64,000 nucleotides of DNA from a virus. This document shows positions 38,099 to 46,087 of the stretch, one piece after another. The position numbers and the translations under genes were made by a program. The stretch is taken from positions 4,530 through 68,529 of IMG/VR virus record IMGVR_UViG_3300020213_000030. One strand, written 5' to 3'. The notes under the pieces are model-generated. The model searched no databases, was not told the DNA's origin, and saw only the letters and a list, made by a program, of their open reading frames with translations. Numbering within the stretch: position 1 is the first letter of the stretch; every line of letters begins with the position of its first letter.

Positions 38099-38527
38099 AT
38101 GGACTGGAGCGAATATTATTACGCCTTCGCCGAGCTCGCGGCCACTAAGTCGAAGGACAGCACCAAAGTTGGTGCCGTGCTGGTTGGTCCCGAAGGTGAG
38201 ATCCGCCTGACCGGTTACAACGGTCCACCACGAGGCGTGCGCGATTGCGCCGAACGTCGAGAACGGCCGGCGAAATACCTCTTCGCCTCGCATGCTGAGG
38301 TCAACCTGATCGCTTTCGCAGCTCGTGAGGGCATTCGGACCAAGGACTGCACAGTCTATGTAACCCACCTGTGCTGCAGTGCCTGCACCCGGACCTTGAT
38401 CCAGGCTGGCATAACCAAAGTCGTCTTTGGCCCCGGCAAGACCAGTATGCCCGCCGAGGAGTTCAACGCGGCTCGGGACATGTTTACCGAAGCCGCTATT
38501 CTACTGATCCCTATTGCTATGGACTAA
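38099..38527 (+). CDS. dCMP deaminase
   Basis: SKDSTKVGAV, TGYNG, HAEVN and CxxC (LCCSAC) zinc motifs. Confidence 0.88.
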   Translation: MDWSEYYYAFAELAATKSKDSTKVGAVLVGPEGEIRLTGYNGPPRGVRDCAERRERPAKYLFASHAEVNLIAFAAREGIRTKDCTVYVTHLCCSACTRTLIQAGITKVVFGPGKTSMPAEEFNAARDMFTEAAILLIPIAMD

Positions 38528-38529
38528 AA

Positions 38530-38967
38530 ATGACTTGGACAAACGCAAATACCTCGCAGAAAATTTCTATGGTTCGGAAAGTATGGCACGATGAATGCTC
38601 GGCGAGCACACTTGCCGATGCCATAACCCGAGAAACCCACTCGAAGGTAACGCGCAATGCCGTGATTGGTCTCTACAAGCGAAACCCGGGGATTAGAGCC
38701 TCCCACCCTCTGAGGGGTGGCACCAAGGGTACGCCCCCTATCAGCGAGAAGGCCGCCAAGCAGTGGATCCCAGCGCTGGGTCTGGCCTATGACGAGGCAT
38801 CGCGTCACGTCCTCTTGTACGAAGTCGGCCACAACCAGTGCCACTGGCCTGTCAATCATGCCGAGCCAGGGGAAAAACATCTCTTCTGTGGCCATGGGAC
38901 CGTAGCCGGCGCCACCTATTGCGACCATCACCAGGCCCGCGCTGGTAAACCATCCAGGAGGACATGA
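38530..38967 (+). CDS. gcrA: GcrA-like cell-cycle transcription regulator
   Basis: MTWT start, SAS..A...VTRNAVIG HTH region, C-terminal CHWPV...LFCG...YCDHH. Confidence 0.75.
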   Translation: MTWTNANTSQKISMVRKVWHDECSASTLADAITRETHSKVTRNAVIGLYKRNPGIRASHPLRGGTKGTPPISEKAAKQWIPALGLAYDEASRHVLLYEVGHNQCHWPVNHAEPGEKHLFCGHGTVAGATYCDHHQARAGKPSRRT

Positions 38968-39170
38968 TGATCGGCTGGACCCTCGCAGTCTGGGGCCTGG
39001 ACAGCTGGAAGCCTTCCGTGGCTGTCCGCAACGATACCCGCACCCGTGCTGAACGCCACCTGGAAACGATGCTCAGTCATGGTTGTAAACGATCGCAGGT
39101 TCTGGTGGTCGAGGAGAGCGAGCTGCACAAACTCAACGAAGAGGTTGCTGATGGCCATCTACCGTTATAG
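38964..39170 (+). CDS. Hypothetical protein
   Basis: AGGAGG RBS, ATGA overlap. Confidence 0.5.
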   Translation: MMIGWTLAVWGLDSWKPSVAVRNDTRTRAERHLETMLSHGCKRSQVLVVEESELHKLNEEVADGHLPL

Positions 39171-39372
39171 CCGAACCACCATCCGTTCAACGGGTGAGAC
39201 CCTTCATCACGAGCAGCTGATCCTTAATGCCCAGGAGCATCTCGCTCGGGGCGAAATCCTCACGACCTACCGAGAACAGGTGCTCCTCCTCATTAACCGC
39301 TGGAACCAGCAAGCAATCGGGTACTGGCTCCGCACGGGTCAGCACCTTTTCATCTATACCCTGGAGCTCTGA
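39151..39372 (+). CDS. Hypothetical protein
   Basis: GAGG RBS; MAIYRYSRT...LINRWNQQ. Confidence 0.5.
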   Translation: MAIYRYSRTTIRSTGETLHHEQLILNAQEHLARGEILTTYREQVLLLINRWNQQAIGYWLRTGQHLFIYTLEL

Positions 39373-39375
39373 GTC

Positions 39376-39690
39376 ATGCTGAAATTCAAAGTCTATGGAG
39401 GCAAAGACGCTTGGGCGGTCTATTCGATCACCGTCGAGGTCTTCACCGAAGACGGCAGACTGATCGACGAGCCGGTGATGACAGCCATCTCGACCGGCGA
39501 CCCCAAGCACATCCTTCAGCTGACCGGTCCAGATGTCGACACTGTCCTGGCTGCCCTGCGCTTCTGGCAAAGAGAAGGGCTTTCATCAGCCGGACACGAA
39601 ATCACCGACATCGCGACTAGCAATGGCTCCCATCCAGCGCTGACCGTCAAGGATATTGATGATCTCTGCGAGGAGATCAATTGTGGCTGA
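39376..39690 (+). CDS. Hypothetical protein
   Basis: GGAG RBS; TVLAALRFWQ...IDDLCEEIN motif. Confidence 0.55.
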   Translation: MLKFKVYGGKDAWAVYSITVEVFTEDGRLIDEPVMTAISTGDPKHILQLTGPDVDTVLAALRFWQREGLSSAGHEITDIATSNGSHPALTVKDIDDLCEEINCG

Positions 39691-39898
39691 GCCCTGCAAG
39701 GTAGGCGACCGCATCGAGCTGATATCGATGGAGGACGACCCACACCCGATCGAGGCCGGCGCCCGCGGCACGGTGACCTAGGTCAATGTGATCCACTACA
39801 ACCATACGAGACATTTTCAGTTGTCGGTCAAATGGGACAACGGGCGCACGCTCAAACTCATCATTCCACCCGACGTCTTCAAGATCATCCAGGAGTAA
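39683..39898 (+). pseudogene. DUF4314-like SH3-fold gene interrupted by an in-frame TAG (39779-39781)
   Basis: AGGAG RBS; KVGDRIELISMEDDPHPIEAGARGTVT*V...VKWDNGRTLKLI. Confidence 0.65.
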
Positions 39899-39901
39899 CC
39901 A

Positions 39902-40258
39902 ATGAACAAGGTATTTTACATTAAAGCCTACAATGCCGATGGCCACGATATTGACCTGATGGTTAGCGCCATCGATCCCCAGGATGCCTTCGAGCTTTGG
40001 GAGAAATACTACTACCCAGACACTGCCGACTGGCAAGATTATGGCGAGGAGCCCCACGACTATACGACCGGCTTGGTGACACTCACCTTCGCCGAGATCG
40101 AGAAGACTGATCTGACAGACGACGTCTGGGGTGCTCACGGTATCGTCGAATGCGATCTTCGCATCTACGCGCTCGCTGATCCAGGCACGATCAGCCGTGT
40201 CTATCCGTGGCACTCGCCAGAGTGCAAAATGGTAGCCTTCGTCAAGGAGAGTATGTGA
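39902..40258 (+). CDS. Hypothetical acidic protein
   Basis: AGGAG RBS. Confidence 0.55.
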   Translation: MNKVFYIKAYNADGHDIDLMVSAIDPQDAFELWEKYYYPDTADWQDYGEEPHDYTTGLVTLTFAEIEKTDLTDDVWGAHGIVECDLRIYALADPGTISRVYPWHSPECKMVAFVKESM

Positions 40259-40503
40259 TGGGCAAATACCAGTCCCCAAATGGCAGCAAGATCATCGGCA
40301 CGGCCGAGCTGATCCCGGGCACCGCTATGATCATCAGCATCGATGATGATGGCCGTCCCGAGTACACCGGCGAAACCGAACTTGATTGGGACAACCAGTG
40401 GACCAAGACGCGCGACGACAAGTTCCTGTTCATCGATGATGACGGGTATCTTTGGACGTTCAACCAGCTGATGAAGCTGGTCGACGAAGAGGAGGAAGAC
40501 TGA
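40258..40503 (+). CDS. Hypothetical protein
   Basis: AAGGAG RBS; MGKYQSPNGSKIIGT...YTGETELDWD. Confidence 0.55.
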   Translation: MGKYQSPNGSKIIGTAELIPGTAMIISIDDDGRPEYTGETELDWDNQWTKTRDDKFLFIDDDGYLWTFNQLMKLVDEEEED

Positions 40504-40871
40504 TGCCGTGGATCAACCTTACCGACGAGGAGATTCTAACCGTCACCCTGGCGCTCGACGCCCTTCAGGGTGAAGACGGGGAGGACAAAGCTACCGCGCT
40601 GAAATTTCGGATTGAGGAACGCATTAAGCTCGACCCGCGCGACCAGGCGTTCGCCGAGGCCGTCGTGATGGCCTGGCTCTGGGTCTACAACGAGGAAGCC
40701 GGCATCAAGGACGAAGACGAGAGTGAGTCCTGTGACGTGTGCGACTGCACCTGGTCACTCGATGCCATGAGCACGATCTATCCGGACACCTGCAAGGAGT
40801 GCGAGGCCCGGCTTGAAGTCGAGGGTGCCACCTCCAATAAAGAGGAGGAAGCTGACGATGAAGCTTCCTGA
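40503..40871 (+). CDS. Hypothetical protein with CxxC...CxxC
   Basis: GAGGAGG RBS; TGATG coupling. Confidence 0.5.
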   Translation: MPWINLTDEEILTVTLALDALQGEDGEDKATALKFRIEERIKLDPRDQAFAEAVVMAWLWVYNEEAGIKDEDESESCDVCDCTWSLDAMSTIYPDTCKECEARLEVEGATSNKEEEADDEAS

Positions 40872-41130
40872 CCCACGCGACCACCCTCCCCTGTTCGCCT
40901 CAGTGCTCCGTTCGCTGCTGGCGGCCGCCGGCAAGGGTATGGCGCCAGTGCCGCTCGCCGATGCCACCTATAAGGGCGCCAAGATGCCGCCTGACCCTAT
41001 CCAGTCAGTCAGGGTCGCTATCTGCAAGCGCCGCCCTCAGCTCGCCGAACAGGGCTGGGAGATTGTCTTTCAGGCCGGTCGATACATTCTAAAGATGATG
41101 GTGCCGTGCAATGAGGAGGATTTCCAGTGA
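40858..41130 (+). CDS. Putative winged-helix DNA-binding protein
   Basis: SVRVAICKRRPQLAEQGWEI...GRYIL resembles the OmpR-type C-terminal wHTH. Confidence 0.5.
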   Translation: MKLPDPRDHPPLFASVLRSLLAAAGKGMAPVPLADATYKGAKMPPDPIQSVRVAICKRRPQLAEQGWEIVFQAGRYILKMMVPCNEEDFQ

Positions 41131-41480
41131 CCGATATATTTGTCTTTGGATCCAACTTGCGTGGAATACACGGCGCCGGCGCAGCACGCTACGCTGTCCT
41201 GCACCACGGGGCGATCTACCGCCAAGGTATCGGGCTGCAAGGTTGCAGTTACGGCATCCCGACCAAGGACAGGGAGCTCCAGACGTTGCCGCTTGAGCAC
41301 GTCGAAATGGAGGTGGCGGTCTTTATCGCCTTCGCCAGGTTGCACCCCGAGCTGACCTTCAACATCACGCCGATAGGCTGTGGTCTGGACGGCTTCAAGC
41401 GCTCGCAGATCGAGCCACTTTTCGCAACCATACCAAGCAACTGCCGGTTCGCCAAAACCTGGAACGATTACCATGACTGA
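41127..41480 (+). CDS. A1S_2505-like (macro-domain-like) phage protein
   Basis: IFVFGSNLRGIHGAGAA, GLQGCSYGIPT, FNITPIGCGLDG. Confidence 0.65.
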   Translation: MTDIFVFGSNLRGIHGAGAARYAVLHHGAIYRQGIGLQGCSYGIPTKDRELQTLPLEHVEMEVAVFIAFARLHPELTFNITPIGCGLDGFKRSQIEPLFATIPSNCRFAKTWNDYHD

Positions 41481-41501
41481 GACACTGGAGACTTCCCACA
41501 G

Positions 41502-42440
41502 ATGACCACCATAACTGCCCAGACCATTCTTCGCAGCCGGCACAGTCAGCGGCCGGAGATCATTCTCTCAACGCTACTGTTGCGTTACCCGCGTTGGATC
41601 CATGCGGAGTTGATGACCCATCGTGCTTTCAGCCGCAACGCAGCGAGTTCACGGGCCATTCCTGTGAGGAAGCTGATTGATGATATAATGATGCACCCAG
41701 CGATCCCACTATTCTGGGGGAAAAATCAGAAAGGGATGCAAGCGGCTAAAGAGTGTGACAACACGGTCCACTTTACCGAGGGATCACGAGATCATTTCCT
41801 GACCAATAGAATGGCCTGGATATACGCTCGTGATAATGCAGTTCACTTGGCTGAAGCCTTTGCTGACGCGGGCTATCACAAGCAGATCGTCAACCGTCTC
41901 CTGGAGCCATTCAGCCATATTACCGTGCTGGTGTCGGCAACCGAGTGGACCAACTTTCTGGCACTCCGGGACCACCCCGACGCTGAGCCACATATCCAGA
42001 TGCTGGCTCGTGAAATCCGGCGAGAGCTCGACCGGACGGACAATATCCAGGTCCTGCAGCCCTATCGTTGGCACTTGCCATTTAGCAGCCGGCAACCCTT
42101 CGACGAGGGGCTACGTGGTCGGGCTCTGCATGAAGCTGTGAACCAGGAAATAAAGCTCTCGGTGTCCTGTTGTGCCTCGACCTCCTACAAGACGGTCGAC
42201 GGCTTCGACATGACCATGGAGAAGGCAATTGAAATCCATGACAAGCTGGTTGGCTCGACGCCAATTCATGCCTCGCCGGCCGAGCATGTTGCCCAGGCTG
42301 ATGAAAGAACATTTGAAGTTTACCGTGACACCAAGGGGTTCCGGATTACAGCCCCTGATGTTTGGGGGCACCTTGAGCAGCACGGGAATTTCACCGGCTT
42401 CCGCCAATATCGGAAAATGCTGCCGGGAGAATCTCTTTAA
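41502..42440 (+). CDS. thyX: Flavin-dependent thymidylate synthase
   Basis: YPRWIHAELMTHRAFSRNAASSRAIP, HKQIVNRLLEPF, HASPAEHVA. Confidence 0.88.
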   Translation: MTTITAQTILRSRHSQRPEIILSTLLLRYPRWIHAELMTHRAFSRNAASSRAIPVRKLIDDIMMHPAIPLFWGKNQKGMQAAKECDNTVHFTEGSRDHFLTNRMAWIYARDNAVHLAEAFADAGYHKQIVNRLLEPFSHITVLVSATEWTNFLALRDHPDAEPHIQMLAREIRRELDRTDNIQVLQPYRWHLPFSSRQPFDEGLRGRALHEAVNQEIKLSVSCCASTSYKTVDGFDMTMEKAIEIHDKLVGSTPIHASPAEHVAQADERTFEVYRDTKGFRITAPDVWGHLEQHGNFTGFRQYRKMLPGESL

Positions 42441-42534
42441 TCCAGCGCTGTTTACTTCAATAATACCAAACACTTAGTCAAACTTTTTTTACAGAGAGGT
42501 GCTTGACACTTTCTATGCAACCAGATTTTAGTTC

Positions 42535-42685
42535 GTGTGTTCTGGTAACTGTCAGAGCGGGAACTCGAGAGAGATCCTGCGGCGTGCAAAGAGACCCACC
42601 TTTGAGTGCGGCACATACGATTACCCGAACACGACATCTAGGATCCTCCGTTCACCCGGCCAGTGGACGGAGGATTTTTGTTTTT
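42535..42685 (+). ncRNA. Candidate structured small RNA with its own terminator
   Basis: TTGACA at 42503; closing stem 42537-48/42621-32, two internal hairpins, then a 13-bp terminator stem and T-run. Confidence 0.45.
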
Positions 42686-42732
42686 CGATGTCAACAACAA
42701 AAGACCATTAGAGTCCATTAACCAGGAAGATT

Positions 42733-42972
42733 ATGACCACCCCCTCAGCATCAGTTCCAGCGCTACAAGTTCACCTTGTTCACCGCCTCCTCGCAGCCAT
42801 CGCTTTGGACAACCAGTCCAAAGCAGCCTATATCGGACGGATCACCCAGACCGAGACGGTCACGATCATGTCCAATGATGGGACGTCCTTCGAAAAAGAC
42901 GTGACGATCTCGATCTCTTGGGATAGTATCTCGAAAATCCTAGAGTTAATCGGCAAAAGGGCCGGTTTATAA
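42733..42972 (+). CDS. Hypothetical protein of the N4-like middle region
   Basis: AGGA RBS; co-oriented. Confidence 0.55.
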   Translation: MTTPSASVPALQVHLVHRLLAAIALDNQSKAAYIGRITQTETVTIMSNDGTSFEKDVTISISWDSISKILELIGKRAGL

Positions 42973-42999
42973 TCGGGATAATCCGAGGACCCAGAACCT

Positions 43000-43299
43000 G
43001 TGCCTTACAAGCGCAAAGCCGACGACGCCAGAATCATCAAGCTCAATAACGTTGGCCTATCGCTTGCGGGCGTAGGAAAACGTCTCGGTGTCCACCCTAC
43101 CACGATCACCCACCGTCTTGCGGCGTTAGGGATCTCACCGTTCGATACTCGCCGTGCCTTTATGGAAGACATCTTTGAGACTCTGGCACCTGCGCAGCAG
43201 GACTGGTTGATCAGCCAGCTGGGTCCCGGCCGCTCTGCCAAAGACTATGTGCGATCACTCTTAATTTTGGCCTATGTAACCCGGGTATCTGGCGCATGA
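43000..43299 (+). CDS. Conserved N4-like HTH protein
   Basis: IIKLNNVGLSL..VGKRLGVHPTTITHRL...DTRRAFMEDIF. Confidence 0.7.
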   Translation: MPYKRKADDARIIKLNNVGLSLAGVGKRLGVHPTTITHRLAALGISPFDTRRAFMEDIFETLAPAQQDWLISQLGPGRSAKDYVRSLLILAYVTRVSGA

Positions 43300-43432
43300 T
43301 TTTCAGGGAGTATTAGCCTAAAATCCGAATCTAACTTGACGAAAATAATGAGAACCTAAAAGGGTTCACAGGTTGGAATTCGATTCTGTCCACCCGGTTT
43401 GACAGAAACCACATTTTGTGAGAAGTGCTATC

Positions 43433-43903
43433 ATGAACGAACATGGAGCCCTAGAGGCGCCAACCACCATCACCATCAGACATCTCGTGTTTGACCCGCT
43501 GACCAAAATGAACAATCTCGAGATCGAAGCACCGCGGGAGCCAGCTGCTGACATTGAGAACCCCAGGAAAGTTATGGAGTTTTCTGTCGCCGACGAAGCC
43601 AATCTCGACGAGATGACTGTTGACGAACTGCAGCACCACCAGGAAGAGGTTAACCGCAAGATCCGCGAGAAGCAGGAAGCTGAAAAGCAGGCTGTCATCG
43701 AGCAGATCGTCAACGTCGTCCACACTTACAACATCCCTATCGACGAGCTCGTTGAGAAGCTCGGCGGCCTGAAGATCAAGCGCAAGGGTGTCAAGGCAAT
43801 CCAGAAATACCAGGATCCTGCCAACCCTGAGAAGACCTGGTCAGGCCGCGGTAAGGAGCCTCTCTGGATCCGCGGCAAGGACCATGCGAAGTTCCTGATC
43901 TAA
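43433..43903 (+). CDS. hns: H-NS family DNA-binding protein (start may be 43508)
   Basis: Coiled-coil oligomerisation region, then KYQDPANPEKTWSGRGKEPLWI (TWxGxGxxP signature). Confidence 0.85.
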   Translation: MNEHGALEAPTTITIRHLVFDPLTKMNNLEIEAPREPAADIENPRKVMEFSVADEANLDEMTVDELQHHQEEVNRKIREKQEAEKQAVIEQIVNVVHTYNIPIDELVEKLGGLKIKRKGVKAIQKYQDPANPEKTWSGRGKEPLWIRGKDHAKFLI

Positions 43904-43931
43904 CCTCGCATTACCCCAGCCTCCTCGATTT

Positions 43932-43965
43932 AGGAAACCCCGGACTCGTTCCGGGGTTTTCCATT
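43932..43965 (+). terminator. Intrinsic terminator after the H-NS-like gene
   Basis: AAACCCCGGA/TCCGGGGTTT stem. Confidence 0.6.
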
Positions 43966-44002
43966 TCCAGATTCCCCAACCACAATATATTGAGAAAACA
44001 GG

Positions 44003-45436
44003 GTGATAATGTCCCTTGACCTGCCGGTAGCTGCCAAGCCATTGACCGACTATAATCTGAACCAGGAGCAGAGAGACGCCGCTGAAGCATTCCTTGAATT
44101 CCTTTTCAGCCCCGAAAAAGAGTTCATCATCTCGGGGGCGGCCGGCGTCGGCAAGACCTACCTGATGAACTACATCATCGACAACACGATGCCGCGCTAC
44201 CTCGAGATGTGCCAGCTCCTGAGCATGCCAGCGATCTATGACAACGTCGTCATGACGGCCACCACCAACAAGGCAGCTGACGTGCTCTCCCAGAGCGTCG
44301 GAAGACCCGCGGGGACCATACATTCGTTCTTCAACCTTACGGTGCGAGACGATTACTCGACCGGCGAAACCACAATCAAGAAGACCACCCGCTGGAAGAT
44401 CCACCAGGGTAAAATCATCTTCATCGACGAAGCCTCGATGATCGACACCGAGCTCTGGAAAACTCTCCACGAAGGGACCCAGGACTGCAAGCTGGTCTAT
44501 GTTGGCGATCGACATCAGCTGGCTCCCGTTCAGGAGGATCTTTCCCCGGTCTACAAGCACAATTCCCCGATGGTCGAACTGCTTCAGCCGATGCGCAACG
44601 CCGGGCAGCCGGCACTGATGGCGATCTGCCAGCAGCTCAGGGATACCGTGGCAACGGGTAAGTTCAACCCCATCCGACTCGTACCGGGAGTGATCGACCT
44701 TCTCAATGGCCAGGACATGCAAGCTGAAATCCTGCGTGTGTTCCAGCAGCAGACTCATGCAGCCCGCATCCTCGCCTACACCAACAAGCGGGTGATCGAG
44801 TACAACAACCACATCCGCAGCATCCGCAGCCTGCCGGATCGGTTCACGGTTGGAGAATACCTGGTTGCAAGCTCAGTGGTTCACACTAAGACAGGTAATA
44901 TCCCGGTCGAAACCGAGCTCGAAGTGCTGGTCAATCACGGCGCCGATCGCATCGAGATCGACCCCAAACATAACATCCAGCTCGATGTCGACTACCTGGA
45001 CATCAAGACCTCCCTTGGGGAGCGTTACAATCGTATACCGGTGATGACCAACCGACAGCATTTCGATGAGTTGACCCGATACTATTCCCAGGTCAAGGTC
45101 AAGGATTGGACCAAGTTCTTTTATCTCAAGAACAATATCGCCGATCTCCGTCCTCGTGACGCGGCGACGGTCCATAAGTCCCAAGGGTCGACCTATGACA
45201 CGGTCTTCATTGATATCGGGAACATTAGCACCTGCCATCAGCCGCAACAGGTCGCCCGCATGCTCTATGTGGCATTCTCCCGGGCTCGCACTCGGGTCTT
45301 CCTCTATGGGGACCTCGCCAGCAAGTATGGGGGGCTCGATCTCTCACGCAGCTGGGTGGCTCACCAGACGGCTTCCGCTACCTCGGCAGCATCTACTCGG
45401 CTCTTGCCGGTGCCGCCCGCAAGCGGGGTCGCTTAG
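44003..45436 (+). CDS. Dda/RecD-like SF1 DNA helicase
   Basis: GAAGVGKT, FIDEASMID, VGDRHQLAPV, TVHKSQGST, LYVAFSRA. Confidence 0.9.
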   Translation: MIMSLDLPVAAKPLTDYNLNQEQRDAAEAFLEFLFSPEKEFIISGAAGVGKTYLMNYIIDNTMPRYLEMCQLLSMPAIYDNVVMTATTNKAADVLSQSVGRPAGTIHSFFNLTVRDDYSTGETTIKKTTRWKIHQGKIIFIDEASMIDTELWKTLHEGTQDCKLVYVGDRHQLAPVQEDLSPVYKHNSPMVELLQPMRNAGQPALMAICQQLRDTVATGKFNPIRLVPGVIDLLNGQDMQAEILRVFQQQTHAARILAYTNKRVIEYNNHIRSIRSLPDRFTVGEYLVASSVVHTKTGNIPVETELEVLVNHGADRIEIDPKHNIQLDVDYLDIKTSLGERYNRIPVMTNRQHFDELTRYYSQVKVKDWTKFFYLKNNIADLRPRDAATVHKSQGSTYDTVFIDIGNISTCHQPQQVARMLYVAFSRARTRVFLYGDLASKYGGLDLSRSWVAHQTASATSAASTRLLPVPPASGVA

Positions 45437-45649
45437 ACCAAAGGATTGCCCCCATGAGTGGGAACCAGCTTTACCACGACATCACCGACATCATGCGCTT
45501 CCTGTTCGAGAAGGAGGACAAGTACCTCACCAAACGAGAGATGGCGATCGTGACCCGGCACACGCAGCTGGGTGGCTCACCAGACGGCTTCCGCTACCTC
45601 GGCAGCATCTACTCGGCTCTTGCCGGTGCCGCCCGCAAGCGGGGTCGCT
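45345..45649 (+). repeat. Exact 89-bp direct repeat (45345-45433 and 45561-45649)
   Basis: The two copies are identical base by base. Confidence 0.9.
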
Positions 45650-45954
45650 ACGATCGCCTGAGCCCCACTCTGGTTCCCGAGATGGATGGTATCCACACCG
45701 ATCGGAAGATCCTTGAGGTCGACTGCAGCCGGATCAAGCAGGCTCTTGTACTGGTTCTAGTGGGCGTTTCGTCCTTCCAGGACATGCGGGACGCTCTCCC
45801 GAACTGCCTCCAGGATTCGATCCCCGAGTGCAAAGGGCTTGCACGCACCAGGGATGAGGCCTATACGCTGCTTGATAATCGCCGGGCATATTCTCAATAT
45901 ATGCAACTACGCGAGAAAATCGAGTTTTACGTGGCGACTCGCCTGATTTATTAG
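45454..45954 (+). CDS. N4 gp38-like conserved protein
   Basis: GFRYLG...QDMRDALPNCL...RTRDEA; lies between helicase and DNA polymerase. Confidence 0.6.
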   Translation: MSGNQLYHDITDIMRFLFEKEDKYLTKREMAIVTRHTQLGGSPDGFRYLGSIYSALAGAARKRGRYDRLSPTLVPEMDGIHTDRKILEVDCSRIKQALVLVLVGVSSFQDMRDALPNCLQDSIPECKGLARTRDEAYTLLDNRRAYSQYMQLREKIEFYVATRLIY

Positions 45955-46087
45955 GTTAATCGCTAAGGGCATTATCCAGCAGGTTACGAATGGTGGGCTA
46001 CTCCTGAGACATCACTAGGGAGGACAAAGCTCGCCATGGAAGGGCTGCCCGCCCTTCGTAACCTGCTGTATTTTTCAAGGAAGACCA

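Noticed and set aside
39779-39781. Genome-wide amber (TAG) recoding
   Set aside because: Core genes are uninterrupted, some end in TAG (for example RNAP subunit 1), and no suppressor tRNA is visible
42535-42640. c-di-GMP or glycine riboswitch, or 6S RNA
   Set aside because: Only short word similarities (GCAAAG, ACCCACCT); the conserved cores and overall architecture do not fit
45345-45649. Diversity-generating retroelement TR/VR pair
   Set aside because: The copies are identical, with no adenine-specific mismatches, and no reverse transcriptase is visible in the window
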